A stretch of 64,000 nt of DNA from Eledone cirrhosa (taxonomy: Eukaryota): the NCBI GenBank assembly GCA_964016885.1, contig OZ024742.1, forward strand, positions 218,054,001-218,118,000, read 5' to 3'. Made by a program: the position numbers and the translations under genes. This document shows, piece after piece, positions 11,765 through 26,300 of the stretch (its first letter is position 1; each line of letters starts with the position of its first letter). The notes beneath the pieces are model-generated. The model did not search any database. It was given only the letters and a program-made list of their open reading frames with translations, and was not told the origin of the DNA.

Positions 11765-14125
11765 GAATCAAAAGACGAAATTTCTCAGTTCTTGATGGGA
11801 AGATACATTTCGTCCAATATGGCGGCTTGGCGCATTTTGGGGCTTGAAATTCACCGGTGCTCTCCAGCAGTTGTTAACTTGTAAACGCGTTTATTTCACT
11901 GAGCAAACCGCATCGTCTGCTGCCGAACAGCTACATGAGACGGCGTTTACAGCATTTTAAAGCTATGTTCTGTCGATACGTTTGCAGTTACCCTTTTTTA
12001 CGTCGATGTACCTACCTCCTTCACTTGGTCGAACAAAAAATGGCATCGGCGGCGACAAGGGGAAAAAGTTGAGGATTGGGTAGGTGTCTTCAGAAGTAAT
12101 GCCATCGGACGCGTGTACAAGAATGCTTTTTCCTGCGAATGTTGCTGCATCAAATCAAAGGGCCCAAGTCATTCGCCGACCTAAGAATTTTCGATGGCCA
12201 CATTTGTTCCAGTTACAGGGACGTGTGCGTGAAGCGCGGGCTACTCTAGGATGATGCCCACCTGAACGTGGCGTTGACAGAGGCTGCTGAATATAAGATA
12301 CCTCGAGAAATGAGACGTCTGTTTTGCATAATCCTATTGTTCTGCGGCATAGGTGAGCCCCTTAAGCTTTGGGAAACACATAAGGACAACATGTCAGAGG
12401 ACATCTTCCGTAGACTACGAGCAGAAGATCCAGCGGCTGGCTTTGCTTTCAACGATGCGGTGTACAATGAGGCCCTCATCGACATGGACAACCATCTTAA
12501 AGCTCTTGGAGTTGGTGGTGTATCTGATTTCAGTTTGCCACAACCTCGAAACACTCACAGTGCTTTAGATGTCGAGTTCATGCGTGAGTTATATTACAAC
12601 ATTGACGATATGACACATCAGGTAGCTGAGGACGAACCCAGACTTTTGCATGACCAGAGACGGGCATATGACAGAATTCTCTCCAGTGTCAATTCAAATG
12701 AGGGGCGGCTATTTTTCCTGGATGCTCCTGGCGGAACAGGAAAAACTTTTCTCATCAAACTTTTGCTTGCGAAGCTACGAAAAGACAAGCGGATTGCTTT
12801 AGGGGTCGCCTCCAGTGGTATTGCGGCGACACTGTTACATGGCGGTCGTACGGCACACTCCGCATTCAAATTGCCTTTGGACATTGCAAAGAAGGAGAAT
12901 CCTACATGTAGAATAGATCGTGGCGACCCTAAAGCACATCTTCTTTCTGGGTGCTGCCTGATCATATGGGACGAGGCTACCATGAGTCACAGGTGGCCTT
13001 TGAGGCTCTGGATCGAACTCTCAAGGACTTGTGTCGGAACTCAAGAGTTATGGGTGGAACGACAGTACTGCTGGCTGGCGATTTCCGACAGACTCTTTCT
13101 GTTATCACTAGAGGCACTAGAGCTGACGAAGTGAACGCATGCATCAAGTCGTCCTACGTATGGCAGTATGTGCACAAACTACATCTGACTACCAACATGA
13201 GAGTGCATGTGCATGGTGACGCAGACTCCATCGATTTCTCAAAACATCTACTGGAAGTTGGTAATGGAACTACACCTGGAGTGGATGAAGAGCATATCCG
13301 TTTGCCTTTTGGGAACTTTGTGTCAAACATTGACGAATTAATGTCATCTGTATTTCCAAACCTTGAATCACGATTCCATGATCACACCTGGCTGAAAGGG
13401 AGAGCTATTTTGGCACCACACAATGCCACTGTTGACGTGATGAACCAAAAACTACTCGATCAGATTCCCGGAAATGAAGTCTCCTTCAAGTCGATTGACA
13501 CCAAACAAAACGCGAACGACGCCGTCATCTACCCAATTGAATTCCTAAACAGTCAACTACCTCCAGGACTTCCTCCTCATGATCTGAAACTGAAGGTTGG
13601 TGTGCCAGTTATGCTGCTGAGAAACCTGGATGTACCAGAACTATGCAACGGAACGCGTTTAATCATAAAAAAAATAAGGACCCAAATTCTGGAGACAACC
13701 ATTTTGAGCGGAGCCGCTGCTGGCGTGACCAGGTTAATTACCCATATGAGCCTTAGTCCCTCTGACGTCCCCTATGAATTTACGTGACGGCAGTTTGCCA
13801 TAAAACTCTGCTTTGCAATGAGCATTAACAAAGCACAAGGACAATTGCTGCAAGTGGTTGGCCTAAATCTAACACAGCAGGTATTTGCCCATGGTCAACT
13901 ATACGTCGGATGCTCCTGCGTCGGCAGTCCACACAATCTCTTCATTTGTGGTAACCCGGCAACACCAGGAATGTTGTCTACAAAGAAGCTATGCAATAAC
14001 ATCTTTGAACCCTACTCCCCCCAACGTCTCTCTGTCAAACCACTCTCTTCACGTCGCCCCTCAACTTATTAACTTAATAAAAAGTGGCCCCGAGTAGCCC
14101 CGAGTACAACCGGGCTCAGCTGCTA

Positions 14126-14126
<1 letters not shown>
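11765..14126 (+). mobile_element. Helitron, 5'-truncated, with intact 3' terminus
   Basis: YISSNMAAWRILG-type RepHel linker, PIF1-like helicase motifs, subterminal hairpin 14096-14116, CTAG at 14123-14126 followed by T. Confidence 0.9.
12268..14072 (+). pseudogene. PIF1-family SF1 helicase of Helitron RepHel, one frameshift and stops
   Basis: DAPGGTGKT, ASSGIAATLL, GRTAHS, IIWDEA, LAGDFRQ, LTTNMR, MLLRNL...LCNGTRL, MSINKAQGQ, HGQLYV. Confidence 0.93.
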
Positions 14127-14180
<54 letters not shown>

Positions 14181-14347
14181 CAAAGTAAGTGACTGAATAC
14201 ACGTGTATTTTTCTCAACATTTTTTTTCCCGTCTGTCTTCCTCATTCTCTTTCTATTTCATCTTTATTTCTCATTCTATCTTCTGAATATATATTTATTC
14301 ATTGTACTGTTTGATTTGGTTATTTCTGTTTATTTTTTGTCCCCTCT

Positions 14348-14393
<46 letters not shown>

Positions 14394-15149
14394 TTTTTGA
14401 ATTTGTTTTGCAAGATTTCTTATCTGAAAACGTGTGTTGAAACAGATATTGTTATACTTTGGGAGGGTCATGCTACCAATAAAAACACACGTGCCTGTTG
14501 GTTTTCACTTCAATTTCTTATAAATGTCCATGGTAACGAAAGCATTAAAAACTACCAGTTAATTAGAAATCAGTTAATTACAGCAATTAAATATACACCA
14601 CAACTTGAAGTTAAATCTATCAAAATTTACAGGAAGATATAAATATAATAAACTTCTCCAACAAGATGATTTATTCGCGGACAAACCAACTATTTATACA
14701 AGGTTAGTATGTTCGTAGGCAACAGTTTTACATTTAGGTAACTGAAATCCATAGGTGTAACTCTTTTCAAGAGAAACATCATAAAGTATATAGCTTTCCC
14801 AATAAAATTAGTTTCTTTTAGCTTCTGACAGAAAAAAATGAATCATTGGAAAAATTAATTGATTAGAAAAATAAACCATTTATAGTAATTATGTAAAATT
14901 TATCACAGTATTTTGAAAAAGAAGCATGTTCTTTCTACCCCCCCCCCCCCAAATGTAAGTGCAAAACTTTAGATTAGTTTTTTTTTCCTTTTTTGTACAA
15001 CCCGAAGCAGCTTCTGAATTGTTTTGATGCAAAAATTCACATTTCCGGATGAAATGAAGATTATTAACATCTTTTAAAATTAATTTATCCAAAGTATAAT
15101 GAATTTAGGTATTAATAAACCGACTCAAGACCAAGTAGGACTGATATCA

Positions 15150-15790
15150 GCATATGTATATTCTACTACAAGACAGCATAACAAAACCTATAAAAAAAAT
15201 CACAAAACAGCAACACGCTGAAATTGATTATACCTGCAAAACCTAAACAATAAACTGAATCTTCAAAAATATGTCTTCTACAAAGCTGATTACGTAAAAA
15301 AGAGCATTATCGATCTGTACAGATGGGGGTAAACTGATGTAAATGTATAGTCTCGGGCCGCAGACATTTTCCCACCTATCACAATAAAACCTTACAGTTC
15401 GCTCACATTCCGACGAGGTGGAAACTATAACACACGAAGACGAATGCTGGATTAAAGAACCCTGAGGACATATTTATGGGAAGTTACTACGTCATGGAAG
15501 CAGGTGAAGGACTAGATCTATCTCCCCTGACTAAACTAGAGAGCATTTAGACTGATTTAGACTGATTTCCAAAACCGGACTACACGTTTAGGGAAATAAT
15601 CAAAGCCACCTTCAAACAATTTAACCTGGAAATAACAAAAGAAACCAACCAAGCATCTATCAACTACTTAGATACAACGATTAACCGAATAATCAATCAC
15701 CCATGTAAACTCTCATATCTGAAGAAGTGTCGATTAAGAGTCGAGATCCAATCGCATGATCAAACCCGAGCTAATCGATATGGAAACAAT
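15150..15790 (+). pseudogene. Old Penelope-like RT relic
   Basis: Manual translation gives DIFMGSYYVMEAGEGLDL (~15467) and IIKATFKQFNLEITKETNQASINYLDTTIN (~15596), matching DITMGS and FFKNYDLKLEVENNNKIVNFLDVTLN of the larger copy. Confidence 0.65.
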
Positions 15791-15828
15791 TGTAATATTA
15801 TAAAATGAAGTTTACAAAAAAAGCTGCA

Positions 15829-15888
<60 letters not shown>

Positions 15889-15933
15889 CTCTCCCCTCTC
15901 CCCCCTCTCTCTCTATATATATAAATATATAGA

Positions 15934-16828
15934 CGAGGTGTGTCAGAAAAGTTCCAGGACTGATGTCACAAAAGATTTATTTCAAACCCAAACTTCACAC
16001 TAAGAGTTTTCTTCTTCAAAGTAATCCCCCTGGAGTATGTAACTGTAATCTTAGCTCTCTGCTGCGATCAAACTTTTTTCTTCATAATTTTAAATACATG
16101 TCATCTGTTTCAGGTCGTAATGCAATGAGCACAGAGCAACGAACAAACTTGAAAACTCCGTCAGAAGCACTGGGATTGCTGCAGCAAGTGTATGGAGATG
16201 AGACGATGTCACGCTCACGTGTTTTTGAGTGGTGCAAGAGGTTTAAAGAAGGACGAGAGGACGTGGAAGATGACCCCAGCAGCGGAAGGCCCTCAACAAC
16301 CAGGACTGAGGTCAACGTTGAGCGCGTATGGCAGATGGTGCGTAGCGATCCTCGGCTTACTGTTCGACTGATGGCAAATGAGCTGGGCATGAATCAGGAC
16401 AGCGTCTGGAAGACTCTCACTGAAGATTTGGACATGCGGAAAGTCTGCGTGAAGATGGTGCCAAAACTGCTGAAAGATGACCAGAAGGGTCGACGCATGC
16501 AAGTGTGCCAGGACATCCTTGAGCGTCTTGAAACCGAACCAGACTTGCTAGGCACAGTCACAACCGGTGATGAGTCATGGATCTTCGAGTACGACCCGGA
16601 AGGGACCCGCTTTGAAGACGTGGACGACATCAAAAAGGCCGTGACGACGGAACTGCGGAGCATCCCGGAAGAATCCTTCCAGGAGTGCATGCAGGCGTGG
16701 CAGAAAAGGATGGAAAAGTTCATTAGACTCCAGGGAGATTACTTTGAAGGAGAAAACACTTAGTGTGAAGTTTGAGTTTGAAATAAATCTTTTGTGACAT
16801 CAGTCCCGGAACTTTTCTGACCCACCTC

Positions 16829-16829
<1 letters not shown>
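15934..16829 (+). mobile_element. Mariner-like DNA transposon, internally deleted
   Basis: ~71-bp terminal inverted repeats 15934-16004 / 16759-16829 starting CGAGG; TA on the right, GA on the left; inside a (TA)n tract. Confidence 0.93.
16125..16763 (+). CDS. Truncated mariner transposase: HTH domains plus first catalytic Asp only
   Basis: MSRSRVFEWCKRFKEGREDVEDD..SGRP, MVPKLL, TGDESWIFEYDPE fused in frame to GTRFEDVDDIK...W.KR..GDYFEG. ATG at 16125 inferred. Confidence 0.7.
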   Translation: MSTEQRTNLKTPSEALGLLQQVYGDETMSRSRVFEWCKRFKEGREDVEDDPSSGRPSTTRTEVNVERVWQMVRSDPRLTVRLMANELGMNQDSVWKTLTEDLDMRKVCVKMVPKLLKDDQKGRRMQVCQDILERLETEPDLLGTVTTGDESWIFEYDPEGTRFEDVDDIKKAVTTELRSIPEESFQECMQAWQKRMEKFIRLQGDYFEGENT

Positions 16830-16881
<52 letters not shown>

Positions 16882-17003
16882 TAAATATAAATTAGCGAGA
16901 ATCGTATTTCAGCACAGGAATTAAGGAAAATCAACATCCGATATGTGTGGCAAGCGCTCGATGATTCAGTGAATCAGAGCTAGCTACAACATACGTTAAG
17001 GGC

Positions 17004-17131
<128 letters not shown>

Positions 17132-17132
17132 A

Positions 17133-17188
<56 letters not shown>

Positions 17189-17374
17189 CTCATGCAATGA
17201 AGCCACTTTTCACAGAATCAAGGAAAAGAACATCCAGACATTTGCCACTTCAAAAACACAATAGCATATACAACGCTGCCAGAAAAACATGGCCTTCTAG
17301 TAAACGTATGTGGATCAACTTGCCGCTTAGTTTTACTTTTCTTCTTTCTCTTTCTTTGCATTTTCTTTCCGATA

Positions 17375-20300
17375 AAACCACCATCACCAGTGTAAACACT
17401 ACCACTACGACTGTAAACACTACCACCACCACCACCACCACTGTAAACACCACCACCACAGTAAACACTACCACCACCACCTTTGTAAACATCACCACCA
17501 CCATTGTAAGCACTACTACCACCACAGTAAACTCCCCCACCACAACTGTAAACACCATCACAACTGTAAACACCATCACAACTGTAAACAGCACCATCAC
17601 AACTTAAACACCGCCACTGTAAACACCACCACCACTGTAAACACTACCACCACCTTTGTAAACATCACCACCCCCATTGTAAACACTACTACCACCACAG
17701 TAAACTCCCCCACCACAACTGTAAACACTACCACCACCACCAGTGTAAGCACTACCACCACCACTGTAAACGTTACCACCACCACTGTAAACACTACCAC
17801 CACCATTGTAAACACTACCACCACCTTTGTAAACATCACCACCACCACTGTAAACACTACTGCCACCACTGTAAACTCCCCCATCACAAGTTTAAACACT
17901 ACCACCACCACTGTACGCACTACCACCACCACTGTAAACACTACCAACACCACTTTAAACACCACCACCATAAACACTACCGCCACCACTGTAAACACGA
18001 CGACCATTGTAAACACTTCCACCACCATTGTAAACACTACAACCAAAACCACTGTAAACCCCGCCGCCACCACTGTAAACACTACCACCACCACTGTAAA
18101 CACCACCACCACCACTGTAAACACCACCACCCTCACTGTAAACACCACCACTGTAAACACCACCACTGTAAACACAACCATTGTAAACACTACTACCACC
18201 ACTATAAACACCACCACTGTAAACACTACTACCACCACTATAAACACCACCACATCCACCACTGTAAACACAACCACCACCACCACCACTGTAAACACCA
18301 CCAACACCACTGTAAACACTACTACCACCACTATAAACACCACCACCACCACCACCACTGTAAACACTACTACCACCATTGTAAACACTACCACCACCAC
18401 CACCACCACCACCACCACCACCACCACCACCACTGTAAACACTACTACCACCATTGTAAACACTACCACCACCACCACTGTAAACACTACCACCACCATT
18501 GTAAACATCACCACCACCACTGTAAACACGACCACCACCTCTGTAAACACCCCACCACCACTGTAAACAATACCACCACCACTGTAAGCACTACCACCAC
18601 CACTGTAAACACTACCACCATCACTGTAAACACACCATCCCCACCACTGTAAACACCACCTCCTACACTGTAAACACTACCAACACCACTGTAAACACCA
18701 CCACCACCACTGTAAAAACTACCACACCATTGTAAACACTACCACAACCACTGTAAACACTACCAACACCACTGTAAACACTACCCCCACCATCGTAAAC
18801 ACCACCACCACAGTAAACACCACCACCACAACCACCACTGTAAACACTACCACAACCACTGTAAACACTACCACTACCATCACTGTAAACACTACCACCA
18901 CCATTATAAACACTACCAACACCACTGTAAACACTACCCCCCACCATCGTAAACACCACAACCACTGTAAACACTACCACCACCACTGTAAACACCACCA
19001 CTGTAAACACTACCACCACCACTGTAAACACTACCACCACCACTGTAAACACCACTACTGTAAACACTACCACCACCATTGTAAACACTACCACCACCAC
19101 CACAGTAAACACCACCACCACCACTGTAAACACTACCACCACCACTGTAAACACTACCACCACCACTGTAAACACCACCACTGTAGACACTACTACCACC
19201 ACCATAAACACCACCACCACCACTGTAAACAGGACCACCATTGTAAACACTACCACCACCACTGTAAACACTACCACCAACACTACTGTAAACCCCGCCG
19301 CCACCACTGTAAACACTACCACCAACACTGTAAACAGTACCAGCACCAGTGTAAACACCACTGTAAACACTACAACCACCACTGTAAACACTATCACCAC
19401 CACTGTAAACGCTACCACCACCACCACTGTAACCACCATCACCACCACTGTAAACACCACCACCACCACTGTAAACACCACCGCTGTAAACACTACTACC
19501 ACCACCATAAACACCACCACTGTAAACACTACTACCACCACTATAAACAGCACAACCACCACCACTATAAACAGCACAACCACCACCAGCACTATAAACA
19601 CTACCACCACCACTAGTGTAAACACTACCACCACCAATGTAAACATCACCACCACCACTGTAAGCACTACCACCACCACTGTAAACAATACCGCTACCAA
19701 TGTAAACACTACCACCACCAATGTAAACACCACCTCCACTCTAAACACCACCACCACCACTGTAAAGACTACCACCACCTTTGTAAACATCACCACCACC
19801 ATTGTAAACACTACTACCACCACCAGTGTAAGCACTACCACCACCACTGTAAACATTACCGCCACCACTGTAAACACTACCACCCCCACCACAGTAAACA
19901 CCACCACCGCCACTGTAAACACTACCACCACCACTATAAAAACCACAACCACCACTGTAAACACTACCACCACCACTGTAAACAATACAACCACCATAGT
20001 AAACACTACCACCACCACTGTAAACACTACCACACCAATGTAAACACTACTACCACCACAGTAAACATTAACACTACCACTGTAAACACCAGCACCACCA
20101 CTGTAGCACTACAACCACCACTACTGTAAACACCACCACCACTGTAAACACTTCTATCACCACAGTAAACACTACCACCAACACTGTAAACACTTCCACC
20201 CCCACTCAAAACACCAACACCACCACTGTAAACACTACCACCACCACCGTAAACACTATCACGACCACTGTAAACACTACCACTACCATTGTAAACACCA

Positions 20301-23300
20301 CCACGACCACTGTAAACACTACTACCACCACTGTAAACACTACAACCACCACCACTGTAAACACTACCACCACCACTATAAACACCACCACCACCACCAC
20401 CACCACCACTGTAAACACTACCACCAGCACTATAAAGACAACCAACACCACTGTAAACACTACCAACACCACTGTAAACACGACCACCACCACTGTAAAA
20501 CCTACCACCACTGTAAACACTACCAACACCAATGTAAACTCCACCACTGTAAACACTACCACCACCACCACTGTAAACACTACAACCATCACCACTGTAA
20601 ACACCACCAACACCACTGTAAACACTACCACCACCACTATAAACACCACCACTGTAAACACAACCACCAGCACTATAAAGACAACCACCACCACTGTAAA
20701 CACTACCACCTCCACTGTAAACACTACCATCACCACTGTAAATACTACCACCACCACTGTAAACACTACCACCACCACTGTAAACATCACCACTGTAAAC
20801 ACTACCACCACCACCACTGTAAATACTACCACCACCACTGTAAACACTACCACCACCACTGTAAACATCACCACTGTAAGCACTACCACACCACCACTGT
20901 AAACACCTACACCACCACTCTAAGCACTAGCACCACCACTGTGAACACTACCAGCACGACCACTGTAAACACCATCACCATCACTGTAAACACCACCATG
21001 GTAAACACTACCACCACCGCTGTAAATACTATCACCACCACTGTTAACATTACCACCACCACTGTAGACACCACCACCACTGTAAACACTAACAGAACCA
21101 CTGTAAACACTACCACCACAGTTGTACACACTACCACTACCACCACCACTGTAAACACTACCACCACCACTGTAAGTACTACCACAACCACCACTGTAAA
21201 CACCACCACCACCGCAGTAAACCGTAACACCACCACTGTAAACACCACCACCATTGTAAACAATACTACCACCAGTGTAAACACCACCACCCCTATAAAC
21301 ACTACCACCACAACTGTAAACACCACCGCCATTGTAAACACTACCACGACCATTGTAAACACTACCACCACCACTGTAAACACTACTACCAACACTGTAA
21401 ACACTACTACCACCACTGTAAACATTACCACCACCACCACCACCACCACCACCACCACCACCACCACCACCACCACCACTGTAAACACTACTACCACCAT
21501 TGTAAACACTACCACCACCACCACTGTAAACACTACCACCACCATTGTAAACATCACCACCACCACTGTAAACACTACAACCGCCACTGTAAACACCCCA
21601 CCCACACTGTAAAAACCACCACCACCACTGTAAACACTACCACCGCCGCTGCAAACACCACCACCACTGTAAACAATACCACCACGACCACTGTAAACAC
21701 CACCAACACTACTGTAAACACTACCACCACCACTGTAAACACTACCCCACCACCACTGTAAACTCCACCACTATCACTGTAAACACTACCACCCCCACTG
21801 TAAACACAACCACCACCACCACTGTAAACACCACCAACACCACTGTAAACAGTACTACCACCACTATAAACACCACCACCACCACCACCACCACCACCAC
21901 CACCACCACCACCACCACCACCACTGTAAACACTACTACCACCATTGTAAACACTACCACCACCACCACTGTAAACACTACCACCACCATTGTAAACATC
22001 ACCACCACCACTGTAAACACGACCACCGCCTCTGTAAACACCCCACCACCACTGTAAACAATACCACCACCACTGTAAGCACTACCACCACCACTGTAAA
22101 CACTACCACCATCACTGTAAACACACCACCCCCACCACTGTAAACACCACCTCCTACACTGTAAACACTACCAACACCACTGTAAACACCACCACCACCA
22201 CTGTAAAAACTACCACACCATTGTAAACACTACCACAACCACTGTAAACACTACCAACACCACTGTAAACACTACCCCCACCATCGTAAACACCACCACC
22301 ACCGTAAACACCACCACCACAACCACCACTGTAAACACTACCACAACCACTGTAAACACTACCACTACCACCACTGTAAACACTACCCCCCACCATTGTA
22401 AACACTACCAACACCTCTGTAAACACTACCCCCCACCATCGTAAACACCACAACCACTGTAAACACTACCACCACCACTGTAAACACTACCAACATCACT
22501 TTAAACACCACCACCATAAACACCACTGCCACCACTGTAAACACGACGACCATTGTAAACACTTCCACAACCACTGTAAACACTACCACCAAAACCACTG
22601 TAAACCCCGCCGCCACCACTGTAAACACTACCACCAACATTGTAAACACTACCACCACCACTGTAAACACCACCAACACCACTGTAAACACTACCACCAC
22701 CTCTGTAAATATTACCACCACCACTGGAAACACTTTCGCCACCACCACTGTAAACACCACCACCACCACTGTAAACACCACCACCCTCACTGTAAACACC
22801 ACCACTGTAAACACTACTACCACCACTATAAAGAATACCACATCCACCACTGTAAACACTACAACCAGCACTATAAAGACCACCACCACTACTGTAAACA
22901 CTACCACCACCAATGTAAACATCACCACCACCACTGTAAACACTACCACCACAACTGTAAACACCACCACTGTAAACACTAACACCACCAATGTAAACAC
23001 TACGACCACCAATGTAAACACCATCACCACTATTGTAAACACTACCGCCTCCACTGTAAACACTACCACCACCACTGTAAATACTACCACCACCACTGTA
23101 AACACTACCAACAACACTGTAAACATCACCACTGTAAACACTACCACCACCACCATTGTAAATACTACCACCACCACTCTAAGCACTACCACCACCACCA
23201 CCACTGTAAACACTACAACAATCACTATAAAGACCACCACCACTACTGTAAACACTACCACCACCAATGTAAATCTCACCACCACCACTGTAAACACTAC

Positions 23301-26300
23301 CACCACCGCGGTAAACACCACCACCACCACCACTGTAAACACTACCACCACGATTGTAAACACCACCACCACTGTAAACACTACCACCACTGTAAACACC
23401 ACAACCACCACTGTAAACACTACCACCACCATTGTAAACACTACCACCACCACTGTAAACACTACCACCACCACCGAAAACACCACCACCACTGTAAACA
23501 CTACCACCCCCACTGTAAACACCACCACCACTGAAAACACCACCACCACTGTAAACACTAAAACCACCATTGTAAACACTACCACCACCACCACTGTAAA
23601 CACTACCACCACCATTGTAAACATCACCACCACCACTGTAAACACGACCACCACCTCTGTAAACACCCCACCACCACTGTAAACAATACCACCACCACTG
23701 TAAGCACTACCACCACCACTGTAAACACTACCACCATCACTGTAAACACACCATCCCCACCACTGTAAACACCACCTCCTACACTGTAAACACTACCAAC
23801 ACCACTGTAAACACCACCACCACCACTGTAAAAACTACCACACCATTGTAAACACTACCACAACCACTGTAAACACTACGAACACCACTGTAAACACTAC
23901 CCCCACCATCGTAAACACCACCACCACCGTAAACACCACCACCACAACCACCACTGTAAACACTACCACAACCACTGTAAACACTACCACTACCACCACT
24001 GTAAACACTACCACCACCATTGTAAACACTACCAACACCACTGTAAACACTACCCCCCACCATCGTAAACACCACAACCACTGTAAACACTACCACCACC
24101 ACCACCACCACTGCAAATACTAACACTGTAAACACTACCACCACCACTGTAAACACCACCACTGTAAACACTACCACCACCACTGTAAACACCACCACTG
24201 TAAACACTACCACCACCACTGTAAACACCACCACTGTAAACACTACCACCACCACTGTAAACACCACCACTGTAAACACTACCACCACCACTGTAAACAC
24301 CACCACTGTAAACACTACCAGCACCATTGTAAAGACTACCACCACCACCACTGTAAACACCAGCACCACCAATGTAAACACTACCACCACCACTGTAAAC
24401 ACTACCACCACCACTGTAAACACCACCACTGTAGACACTACTACCACCACCATAAACACCACCACCACCACTGTAAACAGGACCACCATTGTAAACACTA
24501 CCACCACCACTGTAAACACTACCACCAACACTGTAAACAGTACCAGCACCAGTGTAAACACCACTGTAAACACTACAACCACCACTGTAAACACTATCAC
24601 CACCACTGTAAACGCTACCACCACCACCAATGTAAACACCATCACCACTATTGTAAACACCACCACCACCACTGTAAACACCACCGCTGTAAACACTACT
24701 ACCACCACCATAAACACCACCACTGTAAACACTACTACCACCACTATAAACAGCACAACCACCACCACTGTAAACACCTCAACCAGCACTATAAAGACCA
24801 CCACCACCACTAGTGTAAACACAACCACCACCACTAGTGTAAACACTACCACCACCAATGTAAACTTCACCACCACCACTGTAAACACTACCACCACCAC
24901 TGTAAACAATACCGCTACCAATGTAAACACTACCACCACCAATGTAAACACCACCACCACTCTAAACACCACCACCACCATTGTAAACACTACCACCACC
25001 TTTGTAAACATCACCACCACCATTGTAAACACTACTACCACCACCAGTGTAAGCACTACCACCACCACTGTAAACATTACCACCACCACTGTAAACACTA
25101 CCACCCCCACCACTGTAAACACCACCACCGCCACTGTAAACACTACCACCACCACTATAAAAACCATCACCACCACTGTAAACACTACCACCACCACTGT
25201 AAACAATACAACCACCATAGTAAACACTACCACCACCACTGTAAACACTACCACCACCACTGTAAACACTACTACCACCACAGTAAACATTAACACTACC
25301 ACTGTAAACACCAGCACCACCACTGTAGCACTACAACCACCACTACCGTAAACAAAACCACCACTGTAAACACTTCTATCACCACAGTAAACACTACCAA
25401 CAACACTGTAAACACTTCCACCCCCACTCAAAACACCAACACCACCACTGTAAACACTACCACCACCACCGTAAACACTACCACGACCACTGTAAACACT
25501 ACCACTACCATTGTAAACACCACCACGACCACTGTAAACACTACCACCACCACTGTAAACACTACCACCAGCACTATAAAGACAACCAACACCACTGTAA
25601 ACACAACCAACACCACTGTAAACACGACCACCACCACTGTAAAACCTACCACCACTGCAAACACTACCAACACCAATGTAAACACCACCACTGTAAACAC
25701 TACCACCATCACCACTGTAAACACCACCAACACCACTGTAAACACTACTACCACCACTATAAACACCACCACCACCACTGTAAACACAACCACCAGCACT
25801 ATAAAGACAACCACCACCACTGTAAACACTACCACCACCACTGTAAACACCACTACCACTGTAAAACCTACCACCACTGTAAACACTACCACCACCACTG
25901 TAAACACCACCACCACTGTAAACACTAACACAACCACTGTAAGTACTACCACCACCACCACTGTAAACACCACCACCACCGCAGTAAACCGTAACACCAC
26001 CACTGTAAACACCACCACCACTGTAAACACTACTACCACCAGTGTAAACACCACCACCTCTATAACAACTACCACCACCACTGTAAACACCACCACCATT
26101 GTAAACACTACCACGACCATTTTAAACACTACCACAACTACTGTAAACACTACTACCAACACTCTAAACACTACTACCACCACTGTAAACATTACCACCA
26201 CCACCTTAAACACTACCACCACCACCACTGTAAACAATACAACCGCCACTGTAAACACCCCACCCCACTGTAAAAACCACCACCACCACTGTAAACACTA

